A DNA stretch of 64,000 nucleotides from Thermoplasmata archaeon (GTDB lineage: Archaea; Thermoplasmatota; Thermoplasmata; Thermoplasmatales; GCA-001856825), in NCBI GenBank assembly GCA_021792255.1, contig JAJYUZ010000002.1:96001-160000 (forward strand), in the 5' to 3' direction. Shown here in pieces: positions 30,240 through 39,729 of the stretch. The stretch's first letter is position 1. Each line of letters opens with the position of its first letter. The notes under the pieces are model-generated. The model was not told the origin of the DNA and did not search any database. It saw only the letters and a list, made by a program, of their open reading frames with translations. The position numbers and the translations under genes are program-made.

Positions 30240-30959
30240 GTGAAGCACAATAGTCAGGATTATCTTCTGACGATTTGGGAGTTGTTCGAAAGCTTTGAAA
30301 ATGCCAATGAGAAGGAAGTGGCGGAAAGATTAGAAATATCACTACCATCTGCATGGGAGGGAATTCATAGATTAGAAAAGGAGAGGCAACTTATAGTGAA
30401 AAAGAAGGGCCTACAATTTACCAATGAAGGCTTCCTAAATGCTATGAAAATGGTGAGGGCACACAGAATAACCGAATATTTTGTGTATTCGTTTCTTGAA
30501 GTTCCGTGGGATCAGGTGCATTATTCCGTCATGGACCTAGAGCACGATTTTACCGAAAATCTCCTCGCTAACCTCTACAGGAAAATGAGGTCTCCAGGGT
30601 ACTGCCCTCACGGCAACCCGGTAGAACCGATTCAGAAGATGACTGAGATTAGGGCGTCTGAAGCTCCAGAAGGAAAATACTATTTTGTTAGACCGGTGTT
30701 AGAAGAGTACACGTTTTTGAAGAAGCTCTTAAATGTGGGCGCAACACCAGGAAGACCAGTTGGCATAGAGAAGGCGGAAGGCAGTTTATACCTGGTCGGT
30801 GAAAACGGGGAATTCAAGCTGCCTTCAAGCATGGAAAAGACTATCCGGATAAGGCCAAAGCCCAATACATCAAGAAAACTTTCGAAGGTGAGCAAGGTCC
30901 CAGTGTCAGCTCCTATTGCGATGTCCTTCCCTCAAAATTACAATGAATCCCACAATTAG
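30240..30959 (+). CDS. DtxR/MntR-family metal-dependent repressor
   Basis: DYL..I, wHTH (VAERLEISLPSA), HRITE, LEH, CPHGNP, FeoA-like tail. Confidence 0.9.
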   Translation: MKHNSQDYLLTIWELFESFENANEKEVAERLEISLPSAWEGIHRLEKERQLIVKKKGLQFTNEGFLNAMKMVRAHRITEYFVYSFLEVPWDQVHYSVMDLEHDFTENLLANLYRKMRSPGYCPHGNPVEPIQKMTEIRASEAPEGKYYFVRPVLEEYTFLKKLLNVGATPGRPVGIEKAEGSLYLVGENGEFKLPSSMEKTIRIRPKPNTSRKLSKVSKVPVSAPIAMSFPQNYNESHN

Positions 30960-32148
30960 AAAGTTGCTACCCGTCCTAGGTCCAGGATGGGTCGTCATGT
31001 TGGCAGATCTAGATGCTCCAAGTGTAATCACTGCAATCCAGTCTGGAATCGAATTCAAGGCTCATTTGATAATTTTTCTGATCGTTCTTATAATTCCCCT
31101 TTTTCTAGTTCAGGACACTGCTTCAAGAATAGGAGCAGTCACAGGAAAAACTCTGGGACAAATGATTTCCGAACACTTTGGACACGAATGGACGATATTA
31201 GCGGTTAGTGGAAGTGCTGTCATAGATTTTGCAGCCTACGTTGGAGAGTTTGCTGGAATCGCCATTGCGGGTACTTTAGTGGGGATTCCCGTCTTTGCAA
31301 TAGTCATTTTTGTTATAATAGTTCACACACTGGTAGTGACAACCGGGAAGTACAAGAAGATTGAAATTTTCCTTGTTGCCCTAGGATTTTTTTTGTTCCT
31401 CTTCGTTGTTTTGGATTTCTTTGTATTTCCCCGAAACATCAATATTGCAGATTTTTCGCCATATGTTCCTTCCAATTCTTTTTATTTTTTGATCGCTGCA
31501 AACATAGGTGCGGTCATTATGCCCTGGATGCTTTTTTACCACCAGGCAGCTGACGTGGATAGCGGGCTCAAAGTTTCAGGACTCAAAAGGGAGAGTTGGG
31601 GTACATTCCAAGGTGCGGTCGCATCTGAAGTACTGATGGTTTCGATTGTAATATTCTCCTGGAAACTTTCGCAGGATGGATTTACCAGCAGGAATTCAAT
31701 GACTTACGTCGCAGCAGCACTTAACCACGAGATTGGACCTATTGGTCCAATACTATTCGCAATAGCACTGGGAGTGGCCGGTCTCTTGGCTATGTTTGTA
31801 ATATCAATGAGCATGGCTTATTCTATGTCTGATGTCTTTAAGATGAGGGGGACATTCAATAAGGGAGTCGGAGGACATAAGAGATTCTACGGGATCTACA
31901 TGCTGGAGATAATACCGGCAGCAATTCTTACACTCGTTTTTACCGATCACCTAATTAGTCTAGCACTAGACGTCATGGTGCTTAGTTCGATCGCGCTAGC
32001 CCTACCTCTAATGGTGGTAATCAGGATAGGTTCAAACGAGAAGATAATGGGTCGACACAAGATTGGAAAGCCTAGGACGATATTCCTTTACGCCTTCATG
32101 GTACTAGCAGTCGGATTGGGTATATTCTCGATTCTGCAAGTAGTTTGA
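30943..32148 (+). CDS. NRAMP-related divalent metal transporter
   Basis: GPGW..MLADLDAPS, Q....RIG.VTGK, GEFAG, GAVIMPW, N.KIMG; ATG at 30943. Confidence 0.85.
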   Translation: MNPTIRKLLPVLGPGWVVMLADLDAPSVITAIQSGIEFKAHLIIFLIVLIIPLFLVQDTASRIGAVTGKTLGQMISEHFGHEWTILAVSGSAVIDFAAYVGEFAGIAIAGTLVGIPVFAIVIFVIIVHTLVVTTGKYKKIEIFLVALGFFLFLFVVLDFFVFPRNINIADFSPYVPSNSFYFLIAANIGAVIMPWMLFYHQAADVDSGLKVSGLKRESWGTFQGAVASEVLMVSIVIFSWKLSQDGFTSRNSMTYVAAALNHEIGPIGPILFAIALGVAGLLAMFVISMSMAYSMSDVFKMRGTFNKGVGGHKRFYGIYMLEIIPAAILTLVFTDHLISLALDVMVLSSIALALPLMVVIRIGSNEKIMGRHKIGKPRTIFLYAFMVLAVGLGIFSILQVV

Positions 32149-32346
32149 TGTTTGTAATGATTTTATTCTTAACATGTCATAAAAAATTTGCCTATCAAAA
32201 GAAAAGGATAGTTGTGGAAAATGTTGCTGGGCTCAATAGATGTTCCAAATTTTGGGTTCCCGGTAAACTTCGTCGCACCTATCAATAAATTCCGTGGTTT
32301 TGGATCATAAAGGAAATCTAGTTATTCTAATTCCCAATATTTCTTT

Positions 32347-33681
32347 ATGATTGTTTCCCCCCTTGATTACAGATATGGCAGGGAAGAAGTGAAGACGATT
32401 TTTTCGGAGACGTCGAACTTGCAATATATGCTGGAAGTTGAAGCTGCCCTTGCTAAAGCCGAAGCAGAAGTCGGAATAGTGACCAAGGAGACAGCAGAGG
32501 AAATACACAAGCACGCTAATCTTAAGTACGTAAAAATTGAAGAAGTCAAAAGGATCGAAGGGGAAATAGGACACAATGTTATGGCTATGGTCAAGGTGCT
32601 CACGTCTGTATCAGGGGAAAGTGGTAAATTTGTCCATCTAGGTGCAACATCTAATGATATCACAGACACAGCTAACGCACTTCAATTTAAGAAATTCTAC
32701 TCCTACTTGATAGATGATTTGATTAGGCTTTGCAAAGTACTATACGAAATTTCCAAGAACAACAAGTACACGGTTATGATCGGTAGGACTCATGGACAAC
32801 ACGCGCTACCGATCACGTTTGGACTTAAGACTTCCGTCTATCTATCGGAGGTTATGCGCCACCTCGCAAGAGTAGAAGAATCCAGAAGTAGAGTAGTTGT
32901 CGGAAAATTTATGGGTGCGGTCGGAACTGGTGCAGCCTTGGGAAAGCAAACTATGAAAATTCAATCAATCTTGATGAGAAATCTCGGGATCGCTGAAGAA
33001 GAAGGACCTACACAAATAGTCGACAGAGACCGGTACGTAGAATACGCTTCTGTGATCGCAAACATCGCAACATCTCTCGAAAAATTTGCGACCGAAGTGA
33101 GGAACCTGCAACGACCAGAACTAGGCGAAGTCCAGGAACCATTCAATGAGGCTAGACAGGTAGGATCAAGTACAATGGCACAAAAAGTCAACCCCGTTAC
33201 CTCTGAGAACATTGTTTCACTTGCAAGAATCGTAAGGGGATTCCTGATTCCTATGCACGAGTCAGCCGTACTATGGCACGAAAGGGATCTGACCAACAGT
33301 GCTTCTGAAAGGTTCATCATCCCTTACATTTCCATACTTATTGACGACATTCTTGGCAAAATGATTACTGTCTTCAAAGGGCTAAAAGTCAATTCAGAAG
33401 CGATGCTGAAGAATGTCCTAAATGATGATCTCATTCTGGGAGAGGCTTATTTAATGGCACTTGTTAACAATGGATATGGCCGGCAAGAAGCACACGAAAT
33501 TGTTAGGCAGGCATCAATGGATGTAAGGAAAAAGGGAGGAGAACTGAGGGATAAAATAGAGAAAAAGACCGGTAAAAAGATAAAGAAGTTGTCTCCTCTA
33601 GATTACACGGGGAATGCAGTTGAAATAACAGAAAAGATTCTTAAGGAATGTGAAGGAGTACTGAAGCGTCACAGAACCTAG
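32347..33681 (+). CDS. purB: Adenylosuccinate lyase
   Basis: SPLDYRYG, HLGATSNDI, GRTHGQHA, GSSTMAQKVNP, HERDLTNS. Confidence 0.95.
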   Translation: MIVSPLDYRYGREEVKTIFSETSNLQYMLEVEAALAKAEAEVGIVTKETAEEIHKHANLKYVKIEEVKRIEGEIGHNVMAMVKVLTSVSGESGKFVHLGATSNDITDTANALQFKKFYSYLIDDLIRLCKVLYEISKNNKYTVMIGRTHGQHALPITFGLKTSVYLSEVMRHLARVEESRSRVVVGKFMGAVGTGAALGKQTMKIQSILMRNLGIAEEEGPTQIVDRDRYVEYASVIANIATSLEKFATEVRNLQRPELGEVQEPFNEARQVGSSTMAQKVNPVTSENIVSLARIVRGFLIPMHESAVLWHERDLTNSASERFIIPYISILIDDILGKMITVFKGLKVNSEAMLKNVLNDDLILGEAYLMALVNNGYGRQEAHEIVRQASMDVRKKGGELRDKIEKKTGKKIKKLSPLDYTGNAVEITEKILKECEGVLKRHRT

Positions 33682-33763
33682 GTGTCATTTCTAAAGGATC
33701 GCATATCCTGACAACTTAAATATAGATATTTTAATCATTTGCGTACATCGAGGAAAAAGTGAT

Positions 33764-34522
33764 ATGAGTAATTGGGAACGTTTCAACACCAGGTCTGAAA
33801 ATTACGATCACTATCGACCAAGATATCCGAGCGAACTGCTAAATTTATTGAAGAAGGTAGCCGATCTGGGTCCCAGCTCAATTGTCGCAGACATTGGCTC
33901 TGGAACGGGATTGCTGGCTGAAACAATACTCGGGTCAGGATGTAAGCTGTTCTGCATTGAACCAAATGAAGAAATGAGGAATGTTGCACTCAGAAAGTTG
34001 GGCAAGAAATCCAACTGCTTAATTCTTGACGGAAGAGCTGAGAATACATCGCTACCAGGCAATTCCATAGAGATAATAACTGCGGGTCAAGCTTTTCACT
34101 GGTTCGAACCAAAGGAGACAAAGAGAGAATTTAAGAGGATCCTAAAGCAAGGCGGACGCGTGGTACTTGTCTGGAACACGCGTCGCAAATCTAGCGAAGG
34201 ATTTAACCCTGAATACGAAAGGGTCGTGAAGCAGTATAGCAGGGAATATCACTCCAGCGGATTCGAAGCCGTAGATCTGGAAGTGATGAAAGAGTTTTAT
34301 AACGGAAAATTCGATTCCTACAGGATCAAGAATTATCAGAGGCTAAACCTTTCTGGTCTATTTGGTAGGTACCTCTCGTCTTCATACGCATTAAGCGAAA
34401 CAGACCCGACCCTTGAGAGTCTGAAAAATGGTCTGACTGAGGCATTCAACAAGAATGAAATAGACGGCCACGTCAGAATTGAATATGAAACGGAAGTCTT
34501 CGTAGGACGAGTCGACAAGTGA
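33764..34522 (+). CDS. Class I SAM-dependent methyltransferase
   Basis: Y..YRP.YP, ADIGSGTG, EPN, AGQAFHWF. Confidence 0.88.
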   Translation: MSNWERFNTRSENYDHYRPRYPSELLNLLKKVADLGPSSIVADIGSGTGLLAETILGSGCKLFCIEPNEEMRNVALRKLGKKSNCLILDGRAENTSLPGNSIEIITAGQAFHWFEPKETKREFKRILKQGGRVVLVWNTRRKSSEGFNPEYERVVKQYSREYHSSGFEAVDLEVMKEFYNGKFDSYRIKNYQRLNLSGLFGRYLSSSYALSETDPTLESLKNGLTEAFNKNEIDGHVRIEYETEVFVGRVDK

Positions 34523-34568
34523 CCCTCCACTTAACTAAAGTTTTTATTAAATCAACGGTTGCTTACGA

Positions 34569-34781
34569 GTGGAGTCGTTTGGGAGATTCTGTTTTTATAA
34601 TTCGAAAGGAGATTGCAATTTTCTGAGGAACGTTTCCACAAAGTGTAACTTGTGTCCGAATTTTGTTTCGTTCAGAAAAGAGGCCTTGATGTTCTCGGAG
34701 GGCTCCAAGCTTCCAGTCACCTATTTTGACCTACCAATAAGTAGGGGCACAGGTGACCAGTTCCAGATGAGTCTAGTCTAA
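34569..34781 (+). CDS. Small Cys-rich hypothetical protein
   Basis: 70 aa with C-x7-C-x9-C-x2-C; TATA-like ttttattaaa about 25 nt upstream; fills the intergenic gap. Confidence 0.45.
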   Translation: MESFGRFCFYNSKGDCNFLRNVSTKCNLCPNFVSFRKEALMFSEGSKLPVTYFDLPISRGTGDQFQMSLV

Positions 34782-36244
34782 ATTATTCTCGGTATGATGA
34801 ACTGCCAAAGTATCAGAAACAGTACTAGCAGACTCACTGCGGTCACAATGGCATCTCTCGCTTTCTTATTTTTCTGGAGGGAAGGAGTGTTGAGAAAAAC
34901 ATACCCGCCATCCAGTGGAACGATCGGGAGAAGGTTGGTCAACCCCAAAGCGAAATTAAGCCAGAAGAGCCAGTAGAATAGGTATTCAGCGTTGAGCGTT
35001 ATTGGATTGGAATAAATGGACGAGAGAAGGGCGGAAGGAAGAGGAAGCTCGAAATGGAAAGGCAAACCGATGTACTCGAAGAATCCCAGCGGACCACCTG
35101 AGGCAGGATTCTGTAAAAGACTCAGATACGAATACTGGTCGAATAGACCGAGTCCAAGCATTAAGACGTCAACTCCCATGAAAGGATAGTCCTTGGAAAT
35201 ACCGGGGTTGGATATTCCGGACGCTATCAGGTAAGAGTACCTGGAAGCAAATGTGATATTGTACAAGTTGAAGCTTGTCCCGTTGAAAGCCTCGACCGTA
35301 GCTGTCTGGCCAGCTTTATAACTTGCGATTGCACTTTCGAAGGCAGTGTAGTTATAAATCGTATGATTTCCCACAGAAATGATGACACTTCCTGGAGTAA
35401 TTCCAGCATCATACGCAGGATAATTCTTGATCACCGAGGAAATGTAAATTCCATACATAGTGCTTTCAGTTATGTGGTGACCATTTCGCAACAAAGATAC
35501 ATTCACATAATTTCCCGGAGTCAATGAGAGATCTGATAGCGCTGTGACGTTTGAAATGGATATGCCGTCGACTGATTGTATTACGTCACCCGGCTGGAAC
35601 GTTGAAGTCATTGAAGTCTGAACAGGTGCTCCTGCGACTGGGGAAAAGGAATATGCTACCAGAATTGAAAGAACAAGGAAAATCACGGTAAGGGTGATAT
35701 TCATTCCCGGTCCAGCAGCAAAAATCTTGCCCCTCACTCTTGGATCTGCCTTCTTTGATTCTTCTTCATCAGGTTCAACAAAGGCGCCTATCGGAATGAT
35801 AAGCCACAACAATCCGGTGCTCCTGACTGGAATCCCAAACCTACGGGCAGCTATTCCGTGGGATGCCTCGTGTAACGCAACGGCAACTATTAGTCCTACT
35901 ATTCCAAAACCTACTGGGATCGCAGGATTGATGCCCGGAAGTGCGAGCACGTAAGAAAGGGAAGGTGCTGAACTCTTCGGAATTGACAGTACAAGGAATG
36001 CCTCATATATTAGCAGGATGACTGTCGCTACTGCTAGGAATGGCATCGCATAGTAAAAGAATGAAATAAAATAATCCCAAAACTTGTATTTCGATACTCT
36101 CTCAATGGTCTTGACTCCTGCCTGAGTCTTGATCAAAAGGGCAGGTCCATATGGAGCTACGTACCCCTTGAGTTTGGTAATTGCCAGATAGAATACGCCT
36201 ATCCAGGCAACAATTAGGATAGATATAATCAGGAGCCAGTTCAC
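34778..36244 (-). CDS. Site-2 protease (M50) with PDZ domains
   Basis: HEASHG, GAFVEPD, AAGP..N, PDZ repeats, NLLPIVPLDGG. Confidence 0.92.
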   Translation of the reverse strand: MNWLLIISILIVAWIGVFYLAITKLKGYVAPYGPALLIKTQAGVKTIERVSKYKFWDYFISFFYYAMPFLAVATVILLIYEAFLVLSIPKSSAPSLSYVLALPGINPAIPVGFGIVGLIVAVALHEASHGIAARRFGIPVRSTGLLWLIIPIGAFVEPDEEESKKADPRVRGKIFAAGPGMNITLTVIFLVLSILVAYSFSPVAGAPVQTSMTSTFQPGDVIQSVDGISISNVTALSDLSLTPGNYVNVSLLRNGHHITESTMYGIYISSVIKNYPAYDAGITPGSVIISVGNHTIYNYTAFESAIASYKAGQTATVEAFNGTSFNLYNITFASRYSYLIASGISNPGISKDYPFMGVDVLMLGLGLFDQYSYLSLLQNPASGGPLGFFEYIGLPFHFELPLPSALLSSIYSNPITLNAEYLFYWLFWLNFALGLTNLLPIVPLDGGYVFLNTPSLQKNKKARDAIVTAVSLLVLFLILWQFIIPRII

Positions 36245-36497
36245 AACTCGCCATCGGAACTACTCTAATAATCATTTCTTTGTAAGTGACTCTGGCACTC
36301 CATAACTCATTAAAGATATCCCTAAAGTCATCAAACAGACTCTGTCTGTTGCAAAGCAGAATCTCATCACATAAAGTCGGATGATGGAGTTTCGCATGCC
36401 TATTGCGGGTCGACTCTAGAGTCAAGACTAAACAAGAGTAATTCAATTATCTGTAGCGACTTCTATAAAGATAAATACCGTTCATCATTACGGAAGC

Positions 36498-36923
36498 ATG
36501 CAGGCAAAGGTAGAATGGGTAAAGGATTTGACATTCCTTGCTTCTGGCGATTCGAGTCGCTATACAATACTAGATCATTCAGAAAATAGGGAATTGCAGA
36601 AAGGAAGCTCACCTACAGAGCTGCTGCTGCAGGCGTTGTGTGGGTGCACTGCGATGGATGTTATTTCCATTTTGCAAAAGAAGAAAGAACCAGTCAAGGG
36701 GTTCGAAGTCAAGGCCGAAGGAACTAGGGCGACAGAACATCCGAAGGTATTCACAGACATTAATCTCGAGTACATTGCCTACGGGGACGTAAGGAAGGAG
36801 AGCCTGGAACGGGCCATCACTCTCAGTCAGGAGAAATATTGCAACATCTCTATCACCTTGAAACGAGCCGGCGTGAGGGTGAACATCTCGAGTAGAGTAG
36901 TAGAAGACCATAACTCACAGTAG
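36498..36923 (+). CDS. OsmC/YhfA family protein
   Basis: SPTELLL.ALCGC, HPKVF, S.EKYC. Confidence 0.88.
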   Translation: MQAKVEWVKDLTFLASGDSSRYTILDHSENRELQKGSSPTELLLQALCGCTAMDVISILQKKKEPVKGFEVKAEGTRATEHPKVFTDINLEYIAYGDVRKESLERAITLSQEKYCNISITLKRAGVRVNISSRVVEDHNSQ

Positions 36924-37307
36924 GACAGTAGTCAACGAGGTCGGGAAATCAGAAATATATTACAAAATATCTTCCTGAGATTTAGTAAGAAATTCTGTCC
37001 CTATAGTTTTCCAAGCTCATTCCTTTATCCTCAATTTCCAAGGATAATGATTTCAATCTTCAGATCGCTTCTCTTCGTTTAACCTCATCGCGGAACGCTA
37101 ACAGTATCAAGCCCATTAGGTCCTATTTTTCCACTCATTACAAAATACCAAAGCTATGCCATGGTTTAGTCATAGCACAACAAAATATGAGCACATTCTA
37201 GCCGTTCATGATGACGACAACGCTCGCTCAGAATTTCTAAGAAACGGCCGTTAAAAAGAGCTACCAACATATATATATAAAGCACAATCTTTAACCTGAG
37301 ATAATAA

Positions 37308-37694
37308 ATGACTTGGCAGGATCAAGAGGTCAGAGAACTAAAGGAAAACAAATACATATTGATAGACGAAGAACCATGCAAGATCGTTGAAATTACTACT
37401 TCAAAACCAGGAAAGCACGGTGAGGCTAAGGCGAGAATCGTAGCCATTGGAATTTTTGATGGACAGAAGAGGAGCGTCGTTTATCCTACCAAACACAAGG
37501 TCAAGGTTCCCATAATCGAAAAGAAGGCAGCCCAAATCTTAAGCATCTCTCAGAGCGAAGGACTCTTCATGGATATGGAGACGTTTGAGCAGTTCAACAT
37601 ATCGATACCCGATGAGTTTAAAGACAGAGCGAAGAGTGGAGTGGAAGTCGAATACTGGGAATCGATGGGAAAGAGAAAATTGATGCGAGTCTAA
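37308..37694 (+). CDS. eif5a: Translation factor aIF5A
   Basis: Hypusine motif [10 protein letters not shown]; strong TATA (tatatataaa) upstream. Confidence 0.96.
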   Translation: MTWQDQEVRELKENKYILIDEEPCKIVEITTSKPGKHGEAKARIVAIGIFDGQKRSVVYPTKHKVKVPIIEKKAAQILSISQSEGLFMDMETFEQFNISIPDEFKDRAKSGVEVEYWESMGKRKLMRV

Positions 37695-38534
37695 ATGCCT
37701 TCTCCCCTCAAATTCTGCGATTCCTCTGACAGTTATGAAGATTCAAAGTACATAATTTTTGGCGTCCCTTTTGATTCTACGGTCTCGTTTAGATCTGGGG
37801 AAAAGTTCGCACCTAATGAAATAAGAAAGGCATCCTACAATATGGAAAGTTATTCTCTGTACAGAGGGATCGATCTAAGGGATGCTGGTATTTTTGATAT
37901 GGGTGATATCGAGGAGTATCACGATTCAGAAGAGATGCTTGAGAACGTATATTCTGTCGTGGATAAGGTGTTATCAGATCATAAGTTCCCAATAATGATA
38001 GGTGGAGAGCACAGTATCACATATGGTGCTATGAAAAGAATCAAAAGCAAAGTCATATTTATTGACGCCCATACGGACTACAGAGACTCTTACCTAGGAA
38101 ACAAATTTTCTCACGCGTGTGTCGCCAGAAGAGTCAGCGAAATTGTGGGTAAGGAAAACATGGTTTCAATCGGGGTGCGTTCTGTCTCTAAAGAGGAGAT
38201 GGAGGCGGGTCCTCAGAAGTATTTCACTAGTTTCGAAGTCAGTGAGGGTAATGAGAAGTTGAAATCCTACTTGAAGAAATTCTGCGACTCTCCGGTATAT
38301 TTATCTATTGATTTTGACGGGTTCGATCCTGCATATGCTCCCGGCGTAGGAACCCCAGAGCCGTTCGGTCTGAATCCGGTAATAATGATAGACATTCTAA
38401 ATTCGATCGGGAACAATCTTGTGGGATTGGATATAAATGAAATATCTCCCACTTTTGACAACGGTAACACGAGCATGCTTGCTGCACGAATGATTCAAGA
38501 AGTCGTATCATATTTAGAAACGCAGAGCAGATGA
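37695..38534 (+). CDS. speB: Agmatinase (ureohydrolase)
   Basis: GVPFD, GGEHSIT, DAHTD, SHAC, D.DGFDPAYAPGVGTPE. Confidence 0.92.
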   Translation: MPSPLKFCDSSDSYEDSKYIIFGVPFDSTVSFRSGEKFAPNEIRKASYNMESYSLYRGIDLRDAGIFDMGDIEEYHDSEEMLENVYSVVDKVLSDHKFPIMIGGEHSITYGAMKRIKSKVIFIDAHTDYRDSYLGNKFSHACVARRVSEIVGKENMVSIGVRSVSKEEMEAGPQKYFTSFEVSEGNEKLKSYLKKFCDSPVYLSIDFDGFDPAYAPGVGTPEPFGLNPVIMIDILNSIGNNLVGLDINEISPTFDNGNTSMLAARMIQEVVSYLETQSR

Positions 38535-39130
38535 GCGACAACAAGGTCTATAAAGAAGGATATAGGGATGGAATAAAATTCGCACTTTTAGCAGCAAGGA
38601 CGTACGGTGTCAGCGATGAATTTATAAAGCGCATGGAGAGAGAATATTTCGGCGAAGATGATGAAACGGCGGTTAAACTGGTCTACGGAGAGACATATCT
38701 CATCTATGAAAAAAGAAATTTGAAAGGAATGGAAATCATTTCCGGCGTCGCTGCCCAAGGCTTTCCCGCTATAGTGATGAGCAGGGACACGAAGAGCTCC
38801 CTCAAATCGTTCAAGAATGTGAAACTTGCAGCCATTACTTACGACGAAGCGCTGGGTGGGTTTAATCCGACGCAGTTAAGCCAGATGCAGGAATACGTGA
38901 TAAGCAATTTGACGGAGAAAGGAGTCTTGTACATAGACTGTATAGATTATATTTTTTCAACTTCCACTTCGGTTCAAAATGTGATAAAGTTCCTTACGGT
39001 CCTTAAGGACAAAGTCCTTGACAAGACCGGGATTTTCATACTGTCTCTAAACAAGGATGCGATCGGCAAGGCTGAGCTATCGATGATAGAAAAAGAATTC
39101 AAGAATACAATAAAGATTAAGACTGACTAG
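38531..39130 (+). CDS. DUF835-like (inactive KaiC/RecA-fold) protein
   Basis: SR, P..L, V.YIDC.DY, KFL..LKD pattern. Confidence 0.65.
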   Translation: MSDNKVYKEGYRDGIKFALLAARTYGVSDEFIKRMEREYFGEDDETAVKLVYGETYLIYEKRNLKGMEIISGVAAQGFPAIVMSRDTKSSLKSFKNVKLAAITYDEALGGFNPTQLSQMQEYVISNLTEKGVLYIDCIDYIFSTSTSVQNVIKFLTVLKDKVLDKTGIFILSLNKDAIGKAELSMIEKEFKNTIKIKTD

Positions 39131-39632
39131 TCAGTGATATAGTATCAACTCTAGATGGGGTGGGAATCTTGTGGGATGCCTTTCTCAGCGCTTCCTTTGC
39201 CTTGTATTCTCCTGTCTTAGGAATTCTGACGATTAAGATTGTCGATCCTCTCTTTACTCTGGCAGCCGTACCAACAGGCCTTCCAAATGACATGCTCATT
39301 CCACTCGATATTCTGTCCGCTCCAGCTCCGGTAGCCATTTTATGCTCCCTTATGACGTGGTGAGGGAACGGTCTTACTCTCATAAAATAGCCATTTTCTC
39401 CAAAATCCTTCATTAATTGTCTGTTCGATGAAATTCTTGCAGCTTCGAGAGCCGTATGTCTAATCTGACAGGACTCTTCTGCTACGAGTCTCAGCTCTAT
39501 ATCGTAATTTCCATTGACGTTGCCAGCTACAAACTGCTGTATCCTAGATGCTGGTACTCCACCCATGTACGCCCTTTTTGTATAAGCGGGTCCTGTAATT
39601 TTCCTGTACATCCTTCCCGGCTTTCTTACCAT
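39117..39632 (-). CDS. rpl10e: 50S ribosomal protein L10e/uL16
   Basis: RKPGRMYR, QIRHTALEAAR, ATGAGADRISSGM..SFG.P. Confidence 0.96.
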   Translation of the reverse strand: MVRKPGRMYRKITGPAYTKRAYMGGVPASRIQQFVAGNVNGNYDIELRLVAEESCQIRHTALEAARISSNRQLMKDFGENGYFMRVRPFPHHVIREHKMATGAGADRISSGMSMSFGRPVGTAARVKRGSTILIVRIPKTGEYKAKEALRKASHKIPTPSRVDTISLTSQS

Positions 39633-39729
39633 TTATACTTCCCTTGAGGAAAATGATTTGAAATATAAAATCCTTCTCAGTTTAATCCGAGAAAGGTTAT
39701 TTATCTGTATACTATGATTACCGAAGGAA

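Noticed and set aside
36102-36446. 114-aa minus ORF and C-box-like TGATGA motifs upstream of the PDZ protease
   Set aside because: The ORF overlaps the protease out of frame with no recognisable motif; no properly placed CTGA D box for a C/D RNA.
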